Shown here: positions 46,210 through 56,282 of the stretch, in pieces | Numbering within the stretch: position 1 is the stretch's first letter | How the letters are laid out: every line of letters begins with the position of its first letter | Origin: Clostridia bacterium | GTDB lineage: Bacteria > Bacillota > Clostridia > Christensenellales > CAG-138 | Direction of reading: 5' to 3' | NCBI GenBank assembly: GCA_036652795.1 | Contig: JAVVVD010000006.1 | Span: forward strand, 8,164-72,163 | Length of the DNA stretch: 64,000 bases | Program-made: the position numbers and the translations under genes | Notes under the pieces: generated by a model | What the model was told of the DNA's origin: nothing | Databases searched by the model: none | What the model saw: the letters and a program-made list of their open reading frames with translations, nothing else

Positions 46210-47694
46210 TTGAAACGTATTGGCTTTGATAACGACAAATATGTGTCGATGCAATCGGAACATATAATGGAACGGCTGGCGCAATTCGGAGGTAAACTAT
46301 ATCTGGAATTTGGCGGCAAGTTGTTTGATGATTTCCACGCGGCGCGCGTGTTGCCCGGCTTTAAACCGGACAGCAAGGTGCGCATGCTGATGCAGCTTAA
46401 GGATGAAGCAGAGATAGTAATAGCCATCAATGCAGCGGATATAGAAAAAAACAAGGTGCGCGGCGATCTGGGCATTACATATGATCTGGATGTGATGCGC
46501 CTGATAGATGCATTTCGCAGCATAGGCTTATATGTTGGCAGCGTGGTTATAACACGCTATTGTGGGCAGATGGCGGCGGACGCTTTTTGCCGCAGATTGG
46601 AATCCCTTGGAATAACGGTGTACCGCCACTACTCGATTGAGGGCTATCCGGGGGATGTAGAGCATATTGTGGGCGAAGACGGTTATGGCAAAAACGATTT
46701 TATAGCCACAACTCGCTCGTTGGTTGTGGTTACGGCGCCGGGCCCTGGCAGCGGTAAGATGGCCACATGCCTTTCACAGCTATATCATGAGCATAAGCGT
46801 GGCGTTCGCGCAGGTTATGCAAAGTTTGAGACCTTTCCAATATGGAATTTGCCGCTGAAACACCCTGTAAACCTTGCCTATGAGGCAGCCACAGCCGACC
46901 TTGCCGATATAAATATGATAGATCCCTTTCATCTTGAGGCTTATGGAAAAACAACTGTAAATTACAACCGAGATGTGGAGATATTCCCAGTGTTAACGGC
47001 TATGTTTTCCAGGATATTCGGTGAATGCCCGTATAAATCGCCAACGGATATGGGCGTGAATATGGTGGGAAATTGCATAACAGACGATGATGTGTGCTGT
47101 ACCGCTTCGCGTCAGGAGATAATCCGCCGTTACTATTCTGAGCTGTGCGCAGCAAAACAGGGGCTTTCCAGCGCAGGCAATGCAGGCAAGGTGAAGCTGA
47201 TAATGAATCAGGCAGGGATATCACTTTCAGAGCGGCCCATAATCAATGTGGCGCTTAAAAAAAGTGAGCAGACTGCTGGGCCGGCGGCGGCAATTGAGCT
47301 AGAGGATGGGCGCATAATCACGGGAAAAACCAGCAAGCTGCTCGGCGCGTCCGCTGCAATGCTGCTTAACTCGCTAAAGGCGTTGGGCGGCATACGGGAT
47401 GATATACATCTTATATCGCCAGCTATAATCGAACCGATACAAAAGCTTAAGGTAGAGCATTTGGGCAACCATAATCCGCGATTACATATGGATGAGGTGC
47501 TTGTGGCGCTGTCAATATGTGCGGCAACCAACCCAATGGCGGAACATGCGCTAAACCAGCTTGAAAAATTGCGCGATACGGAGGCGCATTCATCAGTGAT
47601 ACTCTCATCCGTGGATAACTCAGTATTTAAAAAGCTGGGTATAAATCTCACCTGCGAGGCACAGTATCAAACAAAAAAACTATATCATGGATAA
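46210..47694 (+). CDS. UPF0371/DUF1846 family protein
   Basis: MKRIGFDNDKYVSMQSEHIMERL...GGKLFDDFHAARVLPGF is characteristic of DUF1846. TTG start after GGGGGG. Confidence 0.75.
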   Translation: MKRIGFDNDKYVSMQSEHIMERLAQFGGKLYLEFGGKLFDDFHAARVLPGFKPDSKVRMLMQLKDEAEIVIAINAADIEKNKVRGDLGITYDLDVMRLIDAFRSIGLYVGSVVITRYCGQMAADAFCRRLESLGITVYRHYSIEGYPGDVEHIVGEDGYGKNDFIATTRSLVVVTAPGPGSGKMATCLSQLYHEHKRGVRAGYAKFETFPIWNLPLKHPVNLAYEAATADLADINMIDPFHLEAYGKTTVNYNRDVEIFPVLTAMFSRIFGECPYKSPTDMGVNMVGNCITDDDVCCTASRQEIIRRYYSELCAAKQGLSSAGNAGKVKLIMNQAGISLSERPIINVALKKSEQTAGPAAAIELEDGRIITGKTSKLLGASAAMLLNSLKALGGIRDDIHLISPAIIEPIQKLKVEHLGNHNPRLHMDEVLVALSICAATNPMAEHALNQLEKLRDTEAHSSVILSSVDNSVFKKLGINLTCEAQYQTKKLYHG

Positions 47695-47734
47695 CAGATA
47701 CAGCTTACGGCAGAAATTTTAAAAACTCTATAAT

Positions 47735-47770
47735 CAATAAACGGCGCTCGATAAAGAGCGCCGTTTATTG
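47735..47770. terminator. Bidirectional terminator
   Basis: caataaacggcgctc-gataaa-gagcgccgtttattg. Confidence 0.8.
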
Positions 47771-47785
47771 ATTATTCAGGTGTGC

Positions 47786-50029
47786 TTATAGCCTTGTATA
47801 ATAATTCATCAGGCATCCGTCAAGCAATATCTGTCGTTCGGTTGGAGTAAGGGCGGATATGTGCAGCATAAGCTCGCTTATCTTACCTCCGCTTATCGCC
47901 TTTGCAGGAATATCCGATATACCTTCTGCTACCGCCTGCCGTATGTTGGGCACATAGATATATTCGCCCGCCTCAAAATCAAAGGGCGTTAATTTATCGA
48001 TGGTGAAGGGCAGTATACCCCAGTTTATGCAGTTGCTGCGATAGCGTTTGGTGGCATATTCATAGCATATGTTAGCTCCGCCGCCAAGTACACGCTGACA
48101 GGAGGCGGCCTGTTCGCGTGCGCTGCCATCGCCGGGCTTGTTCGCAAACACGCAGGATACAAGCGCGCAGTATTGCGCTTGAGCGCCAACGCTGCGCATA
48201 ATGTCGGCTAATTCGGGTGGCGTATCGCCATCCCTGCGCAAAAGCTCCATTGCGTATACCGCTTTGCTGCGGCCGACATATTCAGGTACCCGGCGGGACA
48301 GCGTAAATTCGGCAAGGCGCAGCGGGTTGGAACGATATGAGCTTGTTTCGCCAGATGGGATAAGCTCATCCGTGGTGGTTACCTCATCGCGTATTACGGC
48401 GGCTAGCTCAAGCAATACATTATCGGTTAGGGGCTGTATGTTTGGCCAGTCGGTTATGTTTGGTCCCATGCGCAGCTGCTCATGTGGCTGTGGATGACCA
48501 AACCCATTGTATACTCGCTTTGCATACACTGACGAATCAAACTTGTATTCATAGTCAGGCTGCTCGTAATGCATCTGTGTAGCGGGGGTTATAACGCCGC
48601 CATTTCTTGCTGTGGCCGCTATGCTGCGTGCATCCATGAGCGCTACCATGGCAAGTTGGCCATCTCCTGGCTTTGCACCCTCACGGTTGGGGAAGTTGCG
48701 CGTTGTATGCCGCAGCGACAGACCATTGTTACTTGGCACATCGCCGGCGCCAAAGCATGGGCCACAGAAGCTTGGCTTTAATACCGCACCCGCACTAAGC
48801 AGCGATTGTGTTGCGCCCTGCTCTGTAAGCGCAAGGCTTACAGGTATGCTGGTGGGGTATACAGAAAGCTCAAAGTAGTCGTTGCCTATGCTGCCGTCCT
48901 TCAATATTGCAGCAGCTTGCATTATGTTGTCCATAGTGCCGCCCGCACAGCCAGCGATCACGCCCTGATCGGCGTATACGTGGCCATCCCTAAGCTTGGA
49001 CAAAAGATCCACAGATATTTTATCGCCAAACAGCACATGCGCTTCGGCCTCAACGCCCTCAAGCAACCGCTTTGCATTGTCGAGAAAATATTGTATCGTA
49101 TAAGCGTTACCTGGATGAAATGGCAATGCTATCATTGGCTCAACCTTATCCAGCTCAATATGTATCATACTGTCGTAATATGCGCTGGAAATTGGCGAAA
49201 GTTCGCTGTACGCATCAGCTCTGCCGTGCGCAGCATAATAATCCCTTACTGCGCCGTCTGTTTGCCAAATCGAGGAGAGACACGTTGTTTCAGTGGTCAT
49301 AACATCTATGCCGTTACGGAAATCCACCGATAGGTTTGCTATCCCCTCGCCAACGAATTCCAGCACCTTATTTTTTGCAAAACCGGATTTGAATGTGGCC
49401 GCCACCAACAGCAGCGCCACGTCATGCGGGCCCACGCCCGGCCTTGGCGCACCGGTAAGATTGACAAGCACAACCTGCGGGGCTGGCACATCATAGGTGT
49501 TCTTTAAAAGCTGCTTAACAAGCTCGGGGCCACCCTCGCCTATGCCCATTGTGCCAAGCGCGCCGTAGCGGGTGTGGCTGTCAGAGCCAAGTATCATGGA
49601 GCCACAGCGGGCAAGTGCCTCGCGCGCATAGGAGTGTATTACGCTTTGGTTGGCGGGAACGTATATTCCACCGTATTTTTTTGCGGCAGATAGGCCAAAT
49701 ATGTGGTCATCCGCATTTATTGTGCCGCCAACCGCGCATAGGCTGTTGTGGCAGTTGGTCATAGCATATGGCAGTGGGAATTCCAGCATACCGCTGGCGC
49801 GCGCGGTCTGGATTATGCCAACATAGGTTATATCGTGTGAGATCAGTGCATCGAACCTGATTCGCAGCTTATCGCCGCCGGATTCATCGTGCGCACGCAG
49901 CACCTGATATGCCATTGTGTTTTCACGTCCCTGCTCAGGTGAAATATCTGCGCAGTCGGTTATTTTGCCATCTTTATAGAATACGCCCGTATCGTGCAGG
50001 GAGATCATTGAAAGTTCTTCTTTTATCAT
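47786..50029 (-). CDS. Aconitase-family hydratase (aconitate hydratase-like)
   Basis: GSDSHTRYG, a CGPCFG Fe-S ligand region and a C-terminal swivel domain. Substrate is not assignable from sequence alone. Confidence 0.7.
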   Translation of the reverse strand: MIKEELSMISLHDTGVFYKDGKITDCADISPEQGRENTMAYQVLRAHDESGGDKLRIRFDALISHDITYVGIIQTARASGMLEFPLPYAMTNCHNSLCAVGGTINADDHIFGLSAAKKYGGIYVPANQSVIHSYAREALARCGSMILGSDSHTRYGALGTMGIGEGGPELVKQLLKNTYDVPAPQVVLVNLTGAPRPGVGPHDVALLLVAATFKSGFAKNKVLEFVGEGIANLSVDFRNGIDVMTTETTCLSSIWQTDGAVRDYYAAHGRADAYSELSPISSAYYDSMIHIELDKVEPMIALPFHPGNAYTIQYFLDNAKRLLEGVEAEAHVLFGDKISVDLLSKLRDGHVYADQGVIAGCAGGTMDNIMQAAAILKDGSIGNDYFELSVYPTSIPVSLALTEQGATQSLLSAGAVLKPSFCGPCFGAGDVPSNNGLSLRHTTRNFPNREGAKPGDGQLAMVALMDARSIAATARNGGVITPATQMHYEQPDYEYKFDSSVYAKRVYNGFGHPQPHEQLRMGPNITDWPNIQPLTDNVLLELAAVIRDEVTTTDELIPSGETSSYRSNPLRLAEFTLSRRVPEYVGRSKAVYAMELLRRDGDTPPELADIMRSVGAQAQYCALVSCVFANKPGDGSAREQAASCQRVLGGGANICYEYATKRYRSNCINWGILPFTIDKLTPFDFEAGEYIYVPNIRQAVAEGISDIPAKAISGGKISELMLHISALTPTERQILLDGCLMNYYTRL

Positions 50030-50032
50030 AAT

Positions 50033-50590
50033 TTAATCCTGATACACTTCTTCCTTCATAACGCCAACATATGGTATGTTACGATAGTAATTTTCACAGT
50101 CCAATCCATAACCCACAACGAACTCGTTGGGAATTACGAAGCCAACATAGTCCGGAGATATGGCACATTCGCGGCGCTCAGGCTTATCGAGCAGGCAAGC
50201 GATCTTAAGTGAGGCGGGCTGGCGCGCACGCAGCAGCTGCGTAAGGTGATTTAGTGTGAGCCCGCTGTCCATTATATCTTCAACGATCAGCACATGCCTG
50301 TCAGTTATGGACGAGTCCATATCCTTGGATATACGAACTATGCCGCTGGTTTTCGAGCTGTTGCCATAGCTGGAGATAGACATGAAATCCATCTCCATAT
50401 GGCAGGTGATCCTGCGGCTAAGGTCGCTAAAAAAGTGCACAGCACCCTTCAATATGCACACCAGTATCACATTCTTGCCTTCATAATCGTTGGAAATCTG
50501 TTCACCCATCTGCGCTATGCGCTCGGCAAGCTGCTCCTCACTGAGCAGTACCTTTTTGATGTCGTTGTTCATATTGGTTTTTTCAGCCAT
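50033..50590 (-). CDS. hpt: Hypoxanthine phosphoribosyltransferase (copy 2, tilS-linked)
   Basis: VLIVEDIMDSGLT and GYGLDCENYYRNIPYVG. It lies directly downstream of tilS, as in many Firmicutes. Confidence 0.9.
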   Translation of the reverse strand: MAEKTNMNNDIKKVLLSEEQLAERIAQMGEQISNDYEGKNVILVCILKGAVHFFSDLSRRITCHMEMDFMSISSYGNSSKTSGIVRISKDMDSSITDRHVLIVEDIMDSGLTLNHLTQLLRARQPASLKIACLLDKPERRECAISPDYVGFVIPNEFVVGYGLDCENYYRNIPYVGVMKEEVYQD

Positions 50591-50614
50591 AATTCCCTCC
50601 TGAATTAAATTGTT

Positions 50615-52003
50615 TTATTTAATATTAATTGTATAATCTGATGCTGTTGTATCATTGGACTCAGGACTATATGCTACTTTGAGCATGTGGCGGGTGGCGC
50701 AGGTCACCTTAACCAGTTCACTCACACAAAAGCCCGGTATGAATAATACCTCATCGCTGCACACAAGCGGCAGTTCGCGCATCTCACGCGGGATCTTTTT
50801 GTCTATAAAAAAATCCTTCAGCTTGCGCCTGCCAGGCGCACCTATGGGATAGAATCTGTCTCCATTGAGGCGGGTACGCACAGTAAGAGCCTGTGCAATG
50901 TTGTCTGCATCCATATATGCTGTGAATGGATCGCGCTCATAGGTGTTGCCATCGAGGGTATCCACAGTGAATATTCCATTTGGGGTGCGCGTTTGGCCTG
51001 CCATATTGAGCGTAATGCAAAAATTATCATGTGCCGGGGGATGCCCGAAAAAAATCAGCTCGTAGCTTGTCCACGCCGTGATGCGCGGCAGGTCAAGCAT
51101 AGTGCCTGTGCGGGCAGAAAGAAGCTGCACCACCTGTTGTACATGAGATCGCTCTATATCCACGGGCGCACCCGCTTGAGCTAATGCCAGGCGTATTGCA
51201 CGGCTTAGTATGGGCATTGGCAGCTTAATCAGCTTATCCCTGACAAAACCGCCGTTAAGGCTGGCTTTATCCAGTGCGTCGATGGATTGTTGCATAAGAT
51301 ATTGTTCGTCCTGGCAGGTGAGCTCGCCCGTGGCGCACAGCGATTCAACTATGCGGGGATTTATGTTTGCTTCAATATAGGGTATCACATCCAGCCGCAG
51401 CCGGTTACGCGTGCTGCTTAGTTCAAGGTTGGTTTCATCCGTGCAGTAGGACATGCCGCGATCCGATAAAAATTGCTCTATCTCATTCCGTCTCACCTTA
51501 AGCATGGGGCGTATCAGGTTACCGCGCCGCGGCAACATGCCGACAAGCCCACTAAGGCCGGTACCGCGCGTAAGATGCAGCAGTATGCTTTCCGCTTGAT
51601 CGTCCATATGATGTGCTACCGCTATGGAATCAGCGCAAAAGTGTGTGCGTGCGCGCTCTAAAAACTCATATCGTAATATACGCGCCGCCTGTTCAATCGT
51701 TTCGCCGCGCTCTTTTGCGCGTCTTGGGACATCTACGCATTCGGTAAGCAGCGGTATTGTGCGGGTGGCGCAAAGCTGGGCCACAAATGCAGCATCGCGC
51801 TCGGCGCTTTGGCCGCGAATTCCATGGTTAAGATGGGCTGCGCGCACGGTAAAGCCAAGCTGCGCGGAAAGCTCTGAAAGCACAATCAACAGCGCAACCG
51901 AATCCGCGCCGCCGGATACGCCTGCAACAACGGTTTCACCCTCGCTTATAAGGCCATATTGCCGGATGGCATTTGCTATTTTTTGCTGCATAACGCGCCC
52001 CAT
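50615..52003 (-). CDS. tilS: tRNA(Ile)-lysidine synthetase
   Basis: PP-loop VAGVSGGADS and the C-terminal TilS substrate domain. The start could be 51991. Confidence 0.9.
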   Translation of the reverse strand: MGRVMQQKIANAIRQYGLISEGETVVAGVSGGADSVALLIVLSELSAQLGFTVRAAHLNHGIRGQSAERDAAFVAQLCATRTIPLLTECVDVPRRAKERGETIEQAARILRYEFLERARTHFCADSIAVAHHMDDQAESILLHLTRGTGLSGLVGMLPRRGNLIRPMLKVRRNEIEQFLSDRGMSYCTDETNLELSSTRNRLRLDVIPYIEANINPRIVESLCATGELTCQDEQYLMQQSIDALDKASLNGGFVRDKLIKLPMPILSRAIRLALAQAGAPVDIERSHVQQVVQLLSARTGTMLDLPRITAWTSYELIFFGHPPAHDNFCITLNMAGQTRTPNGIFTVDTLDGNTYERDPFTAYMDADNIAQALTVRTRLNGDRFYPIGAPGRRKLKDFFIDKKIPREMRELPLVCSDEVLFIPGFCVSELVKVTCATRHMLKVAYSPESNDTTASDYTINIK

Positions 52004-52070
52004 ATCAGCGGCTGCCGCGCCGCATATATCCTACAAGAAATTATATCAAGTATAACTGCTCGCACTGGGT

Positions 52071-52099
52071 TTGACAAGGGACACCGACCAACATATAAT
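52071..52099 (+). promoter_or_regulatory. Consensus sigma-A promoter upstream of ychF
   Basis: TTGACA (52071-52076), 17 nt, TATAAT (52094-52099). Confidence 0.6.
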
Positions 52100-52146
52100 T
52101 GTAAGCAAATATGATTTTTAATCCAATTGGTTAGGAGATTTTACTT

Positions 52147-53235
52147 ATGAAACTCGGCGTAGTGGGACTTCCCAACGTGGGCAAAAGCACGCTTTTTAAC
52201 GCTATAACTCAAGCGGGGGCCGCTGCGGCGAATTATCCCTTTTGCACAATCGAACCCAATGTGGGTATAGTTGCCGTGCCCGATGAACGGCTAAACGTAC
52301 TGGCAAAAATGCACAACCCCGAAAAACTGACGCCAACCGCAATCGAGTTTGTGGATATAGCAGGACTTGTGCGCGGCGCCAATAAGGGCGAGGGGCTTGG
52401 CAATAAATTTCTTTCGTATATTCGCGAGGTGGATGCGATAGTGCATGTGGTGCGGTGCTTTAAAGATGATAACATTGTGCATGTGGATGGCTCGGTGGAC
52501 CCTGTGCGCGATATGGAAACAATCAATATAGAGTTGATATTTGCCGACATGGAAACGGTGCAAAAACGCATAGAACGCGCCGAAAAAAACAGCAAGGGCG
52601 GAGATAAGAAGTTCATTGCAGAGGCGGAGTTTTTGCGGCGCATATATGCAAACCTGGAAAGCGGCAAGCCTGTGCGCTCCATGACGTTTTCTGAGGATGA
52701 GGCGGAAGACGTAAAATCGCTGTTTCTGCTGACGGATAAGCCCATGATATATGTTGCCAACATTGCAGAGGATGAAATAGGCGAAAAGCTGCCCGCAGTT
52801 GATGCTCTGTATGCTGCCGCAAAGAGCGAGCATGCGGGTGCGCTTACCATATGCGCCAAGGTGGAGGAGGAGATAGCGGAGCTTTCACCAGATGAAAAGG
52901 CGCAGTTCATAAAAGAATTGGACATAGGCGAGAGTGGACTTGATAAGCTTGTGAAGGAGTGCTATTCACTGTTGGGGCTTATAAGCTACCTTACAGCCGG
53001 CCCAAAGGAGGTGCGCGCGTGGACGATTGAACGCGGCACTAAGGCGCCACAGGCCGCCGGCAAAATACATAGCGACTTTGAGCGCGGCTTTATCCGCGCT
53101 GAGATAGTGTCCTACGATGAGCTTATCGAGCTTGGATCTATGCAGGCATGTAAAGAAAAAGGGCTGATTCGTTCCGAAGGCAAGGAGTATGTGATGCAGG
53201 ATGGTGATATAGTACTCTTCCGCTTTAATGTATGA
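52147..53235 (+). CDS. ychF: Redox-regulated ATPase YchF
   Basis: GLPNVGKSTLFNA P-loop and the C-terminal TGS domain ending DGDIVLFRFNV. Confidence 0.95.
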   Translation: MKLGVVGLPNVGKSTLFNAITQAGAAAANYPFCTIEPNVGIVAVPDERLNVLAKMHNPEKLTPTAIEFVDIAGLVRGANKGEGLGNKFLSYIREVDAIVHVVRCFKDDNIVHVDGSVDPVRDMETINIELIFADMETVQKRIERAEKNSKGGDKKFIAEAEFLRRIYANLESGKPVRSMTFSEDEAEDVKSLFLLTDKPMIYVANIAEDEIGEKLPAVDALYAAAKSEHAGALTICAKVEEEIAELSPDEKAQFIKELDIGESGLDKLVKECYSLLGLISYLTAGPKEVRAWTIERGTKAPQAAGKIHSDFERGFIRAEIVSYDELIELGSMQACKEKGLIRSEGKEYVMQDGDIVLFRFNV

Positions 53236-53339
53236 TAGGCATTTCTCCTTAAAAACAAGCAGGCGGACAAATATAATAGCGCTTTATTATGGATGAAAAT
53301 AAACAAAAACAGAATCGCGCTGAGAAAGGATGAAAAACA

Positions 53340-53834
53340 ATGGATACAAAAATACCTGGATTTACAATACGCTTCGCACATGAGTCGGATACATCAACGA
53401 TATTCGGCTTCATAAAAGAGCTGGCAGCCTATGAAAAGCTGCCGGATGATGTGAGTGGCACACAGGAGATCCTGCATGAATCGCTGTTTGTGCGCCATGC
53501 CGCTGAGGTAATAGTAGGTGAATACGAGGGTGAACCCGTTGCATTTGCACTGTTTTTCTACAATTTTTCAACTTTTCAATGCCTGCCGGGACTGTACCTT
53601 GAGGATTTATTTGTGAGGGAAAGCTATCGCAGCCGTGGAATTGGCAAGGCTATGCTGGCATTTCTTGCAAACACGGCGACGCAGCGCGGATGCGGACGCT
53701 TTGAATGGATATGCCTGGATTGGAATAAGGACGCCATTGCGGTATACCGCAAGATTGGCGCTATACCGATGCAGGGCTGGACAATTCAACGTCTGGAGGG
53801 CGAGGCGCTTGCCGCGCTCTCCAGGGAAGCGTGA
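53340..53834 (+). CDS. GNAT family N-acetyltransferase
   Basis: Acetyl-CoA binding motif VRESYRSRGIGKAML; size 164 aa. Confidence 0.8.
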   Translation: MDTKIPGFTIRFAHESDTSTIFGFIKELAAYEKLPDDVSGTQEILHESLFVRHAAEVIVGEYEGEPVAFALFFYNFSTFQCLPGLYLEDLFVRESYRSRGIGKAMLAFLANTATQRGCGRFEWICLDWNKDAIAVYRKIGAIPMQGWTIQRLEGEALAALSREA

Positions 53835-53866
53835 TCTATCGTACACATTGAGCCAGTGCGCTTTAG

Positions 53867-54145
53867 CTATTGCTGAAATTGGAATTCGTCCCGATTGCGC
53901 TCGATGAATAGGGCAAATACCGAGTTAAGCACGGCTTCGTCTGTTACGCCGCAAAGCTCGTCATCTTCGTCATCTTCGGCAGAGAGTATCTCGAGTATTA
54001 CGGCCTCAGGCGCTTCGTCGCAGTCCACGGGTAGCAGCACGGCGTATTCGCTGTTGTCGTAAGGGACCACGTCAAGTATCTCAAAATCTATCTCATTGCC
54101 ATCCTCGTCTGTCATTGTGACGATGTTCTCATATTCTTGGGGCAT
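53867..54145 (-). CDS. DUF1292 domain protein
   Basis: MTDEDGNEIDFEILDVVPYDNSEYAVLLPVD... with an acidic core. GGAGG lies 11 nt before the ATG at 54145. The longer ORF would overlap fba. Confidence 0.7.
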   Translation of the reverse strand: MPQEYENIVTMTDEDGNEIDFEILDVVPYDNSEYAVLLPVDCDEAPEAVILEILSAEDDEDDELCGVTDEAVLNSVFALFIERNRDEFQFQQ

Positions 54146-54191
54146 TGCGGTTGTTACCTCCATATTTATAATGTTGCAACTGGCAGATAAA

Positions 54192-55127
54192 TTATGCCTT
54201 CCCGTTGCAGCCAAGCACATGCACCAACTTGTGAGCTACCATATCCTTTATGGCTTCACGTGCCGGCTTGAGGTACTGGCGTGGATCGAAGTGGGAAGGG
54301 TTTTCATCAAGGTATTTGCGTATAGTTCCTGTCATTGCAAGGCGCAGATCTGAATCGATGTTTATCTTGCATACCGCCATTCCAGCGGCCTGACGCAGCA
54401 TATCCTCAGGAACGCCTATGGCATCCGGCATATTGCCGCCATGCTCGTTTATCATCTTAACGAATTCGGGCATTACAGAGCTTGAGCCGTGCAGCACAAT
54501 AGGGAACCCTGGCAGCCTGGCTTCTACATCTTTGAGGATGTCAAAGCGGAGCTGCGGTTTTGTGCCGGGCTTGAACTTGTAAGCGCCGTGGCTGGTACCT
54601 ATGGCAATTGCCAAAGAGTCAACGCCTGTGCGGGTTACAAAATCCTGCACTTGAGCCGGTTCGGTATAGCTGCCCTGCCCTTCGGCCACCTTTACCTCAT
54701 CTTCAACGCCCTCAAGGCGTCCAAGCTCACCTTCAACCACAACGCCGTGGTCATGCGCGTATTCTACGACCTGGCGGGTAAGCTTTACGTTATCCTCATA
54801 CGGGTGATGGCTGCCATCGATCATAACGGAAGTAAAGCCTCCGTCAATACAGCTTTTGCACAGCTCGAACGTGTCGCCATGATCAAGGTGAAGGCATATC
54901 GGCAGATTTGTCTCTATTATGGCAGCTTCAACCAGCTTCATAAGATAAGTGTGGTTGGCGTACTTGCGCGCACCGGAGGATACTTGAAGTATAAGTGGTG
55001 CATTCTCCTGTTTGGCGGCTTCGGTTATACCCTGGATGATCTCCATATTATTGACGTTGAATGCGCCAATAGCATATCCGCCCGCATAGGCCTTCTTAAA
55101 CATTTCCTTGCTTGTTACCAATGCCAT
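54192..55127 (-). CDS. fba: Class II fructose-1,6-bisphosphate aldolase
   Basis: YAIGAFNVNNME, LHLDHG and VLHGSS motifs. Strong SD. Confidence 0.95.
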   Translation of the reverse strand: MALVTSKEMFKKAYAGGYAIGAFNVNNMEIIQGITEAAKQENAPLILQVSSGARKYANHTYLMKLVEAAIIETNLPICLHLDHGDTFELCKSCIDGGFTSVMIDGSHHPYEDNVKLTRQVVEYAHDHGVVVEGELGRLEGVEDEVKVAEGQGSYTEPAQVQDFVTRTGVDSLAIAIGTSHGAYKFKPGTKPQLRFDILKDVEARLPGFPIVLHGSSSVMPEFVKMINEHGGNMPDAIGVPEDMLRQAAGMAVCKINIDSDLRLAMTGTIRKYLDENPSHFDPRQYLKPAREAIKDMVAHKLVHVLGCNGKA

Positions 55128-55326
55128 AATAATATCTCCTTATGTTAATTTAGCTTTATCGCCATCATTAACCCTTATTATAGACCAACATGGTTAACTT
55201 TCAATAGAATTTATTTCGGCGGGCTATATTTTGGCGATATGATTGTAGCTTGATCGATTAGCGGGTATAATATTAAATAGTAACATATAACAAAATTCAA
55301 TCAGAATAAAAGCAAGGAGCCTGTGT

Positions 55327-56250
55327 ATGGAAAAGTTACTTTCCCTCATTGTGCCAGTATACAACGAGGAGGAGGTGCTGGAAGAATCCTTCAGCGCGAT
55401 GGATGAGGTGATGCGCGCGCTGCCGTATGAATATGAGATTGTCTATGTAAACGATGGCAGCAGGGATAGCACCATGCAGAAGCTGCGCGATATAGCGGCA
55501 ACAAATCAACGGGTTAGGGTGCTGTCATTTTCACGCAATTTCGGGCATCAGCTTGCGGTTACAGCCGGAATGGACGCTGCAAAGGGTGATGCGCTTATAA
55601 TAATAGATGTGGACTTGCAGGACCCACCTGAAATAATCGGGCAACTGGTTAAGGCATGGGAGGCAGGCGCAGACATAGCCTATGGTAAGCGCACAAAGCG
55701 CGAGGGAGAAACGCTATTCAAACGGTTTACCGCGTTTTGCTATTATCGACTGCTTACCAGCATGAGCGCATATCCAATACCGCTTGATACGGGTGACTTC
55801 CGCCTGATAGACCGCACTGTAGCGGATGCGTTTTTGACAATGAGGGAGCATAACCGCTTTTTGCGCGGGATGAGCGCGTGGATGGGCTATAACGCTGTGC
55901 CGGTGGAGTATGTGCGGCACGAGCGCAGGGCAGGCAGCAGCAAATATACATTCAAAAAGATGATGAAGCTTGCAATGGATGGTATGTTGGGATTTTCCAG
56001 TATGCCGCTGACCGCTGCGGGTTATGTGGGCGTGGGCGTGTGCGTGCTGGCACTTATGGGATTTTTGGCCGTGTTGATATGCAATCTTACGTATGGTGCG
56101 GCTGATTGGCTGTGGGGCTTGTGCGCTTTGACGCTATTAAACGGGATTACGCTTACGGCACTTGGAATACAGGGAGCGTACATGAACCGTATACTGGATG
56201 AGGTCAAGGGCAGACCTCTATATGTGGTAAAAGAAAAGCTGAATATATAA
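55327..56250 (+). CDS. GT2 polyprenyl-phosphate glycosyltransferase (GtrB/ArnC-like)
   Basis: LSLIVPVYNEE, NDGSRD, IIDVDLQDPP and two C-terminal TM helices. Confidence 0.8.
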   Translation: MEKLLSLIVPVYNEEEVLEESFSAMDEVMRALPYEYEIVYVNDGSRDSTMQKLRDIAATNQRVRVLSFSRNFGHQLAVTAGMDAAKGDALIIIDVDLQDPPEIIGQLVKAWEAGADIAYGKRTKREGETLFKRFTAFCYYRLLTSMSAYPIPLDTGDFRLIDRTVADAFLTMREHNRFLRGMSAWMGYNAVPVEYVRHERRAGSSKYTFKKMMKLAMDGMLGFSSMPLTAAGYVGVGVCVLALMGFLAVLICNLTYGAADWLWGLCALTLLNGITLTALGIQGAYMNRILDEVKGRPLYVVKEKLNI

Positions 56251-56282
56251 ACACACAATCAATGATAAAGGGGGAATTAGCG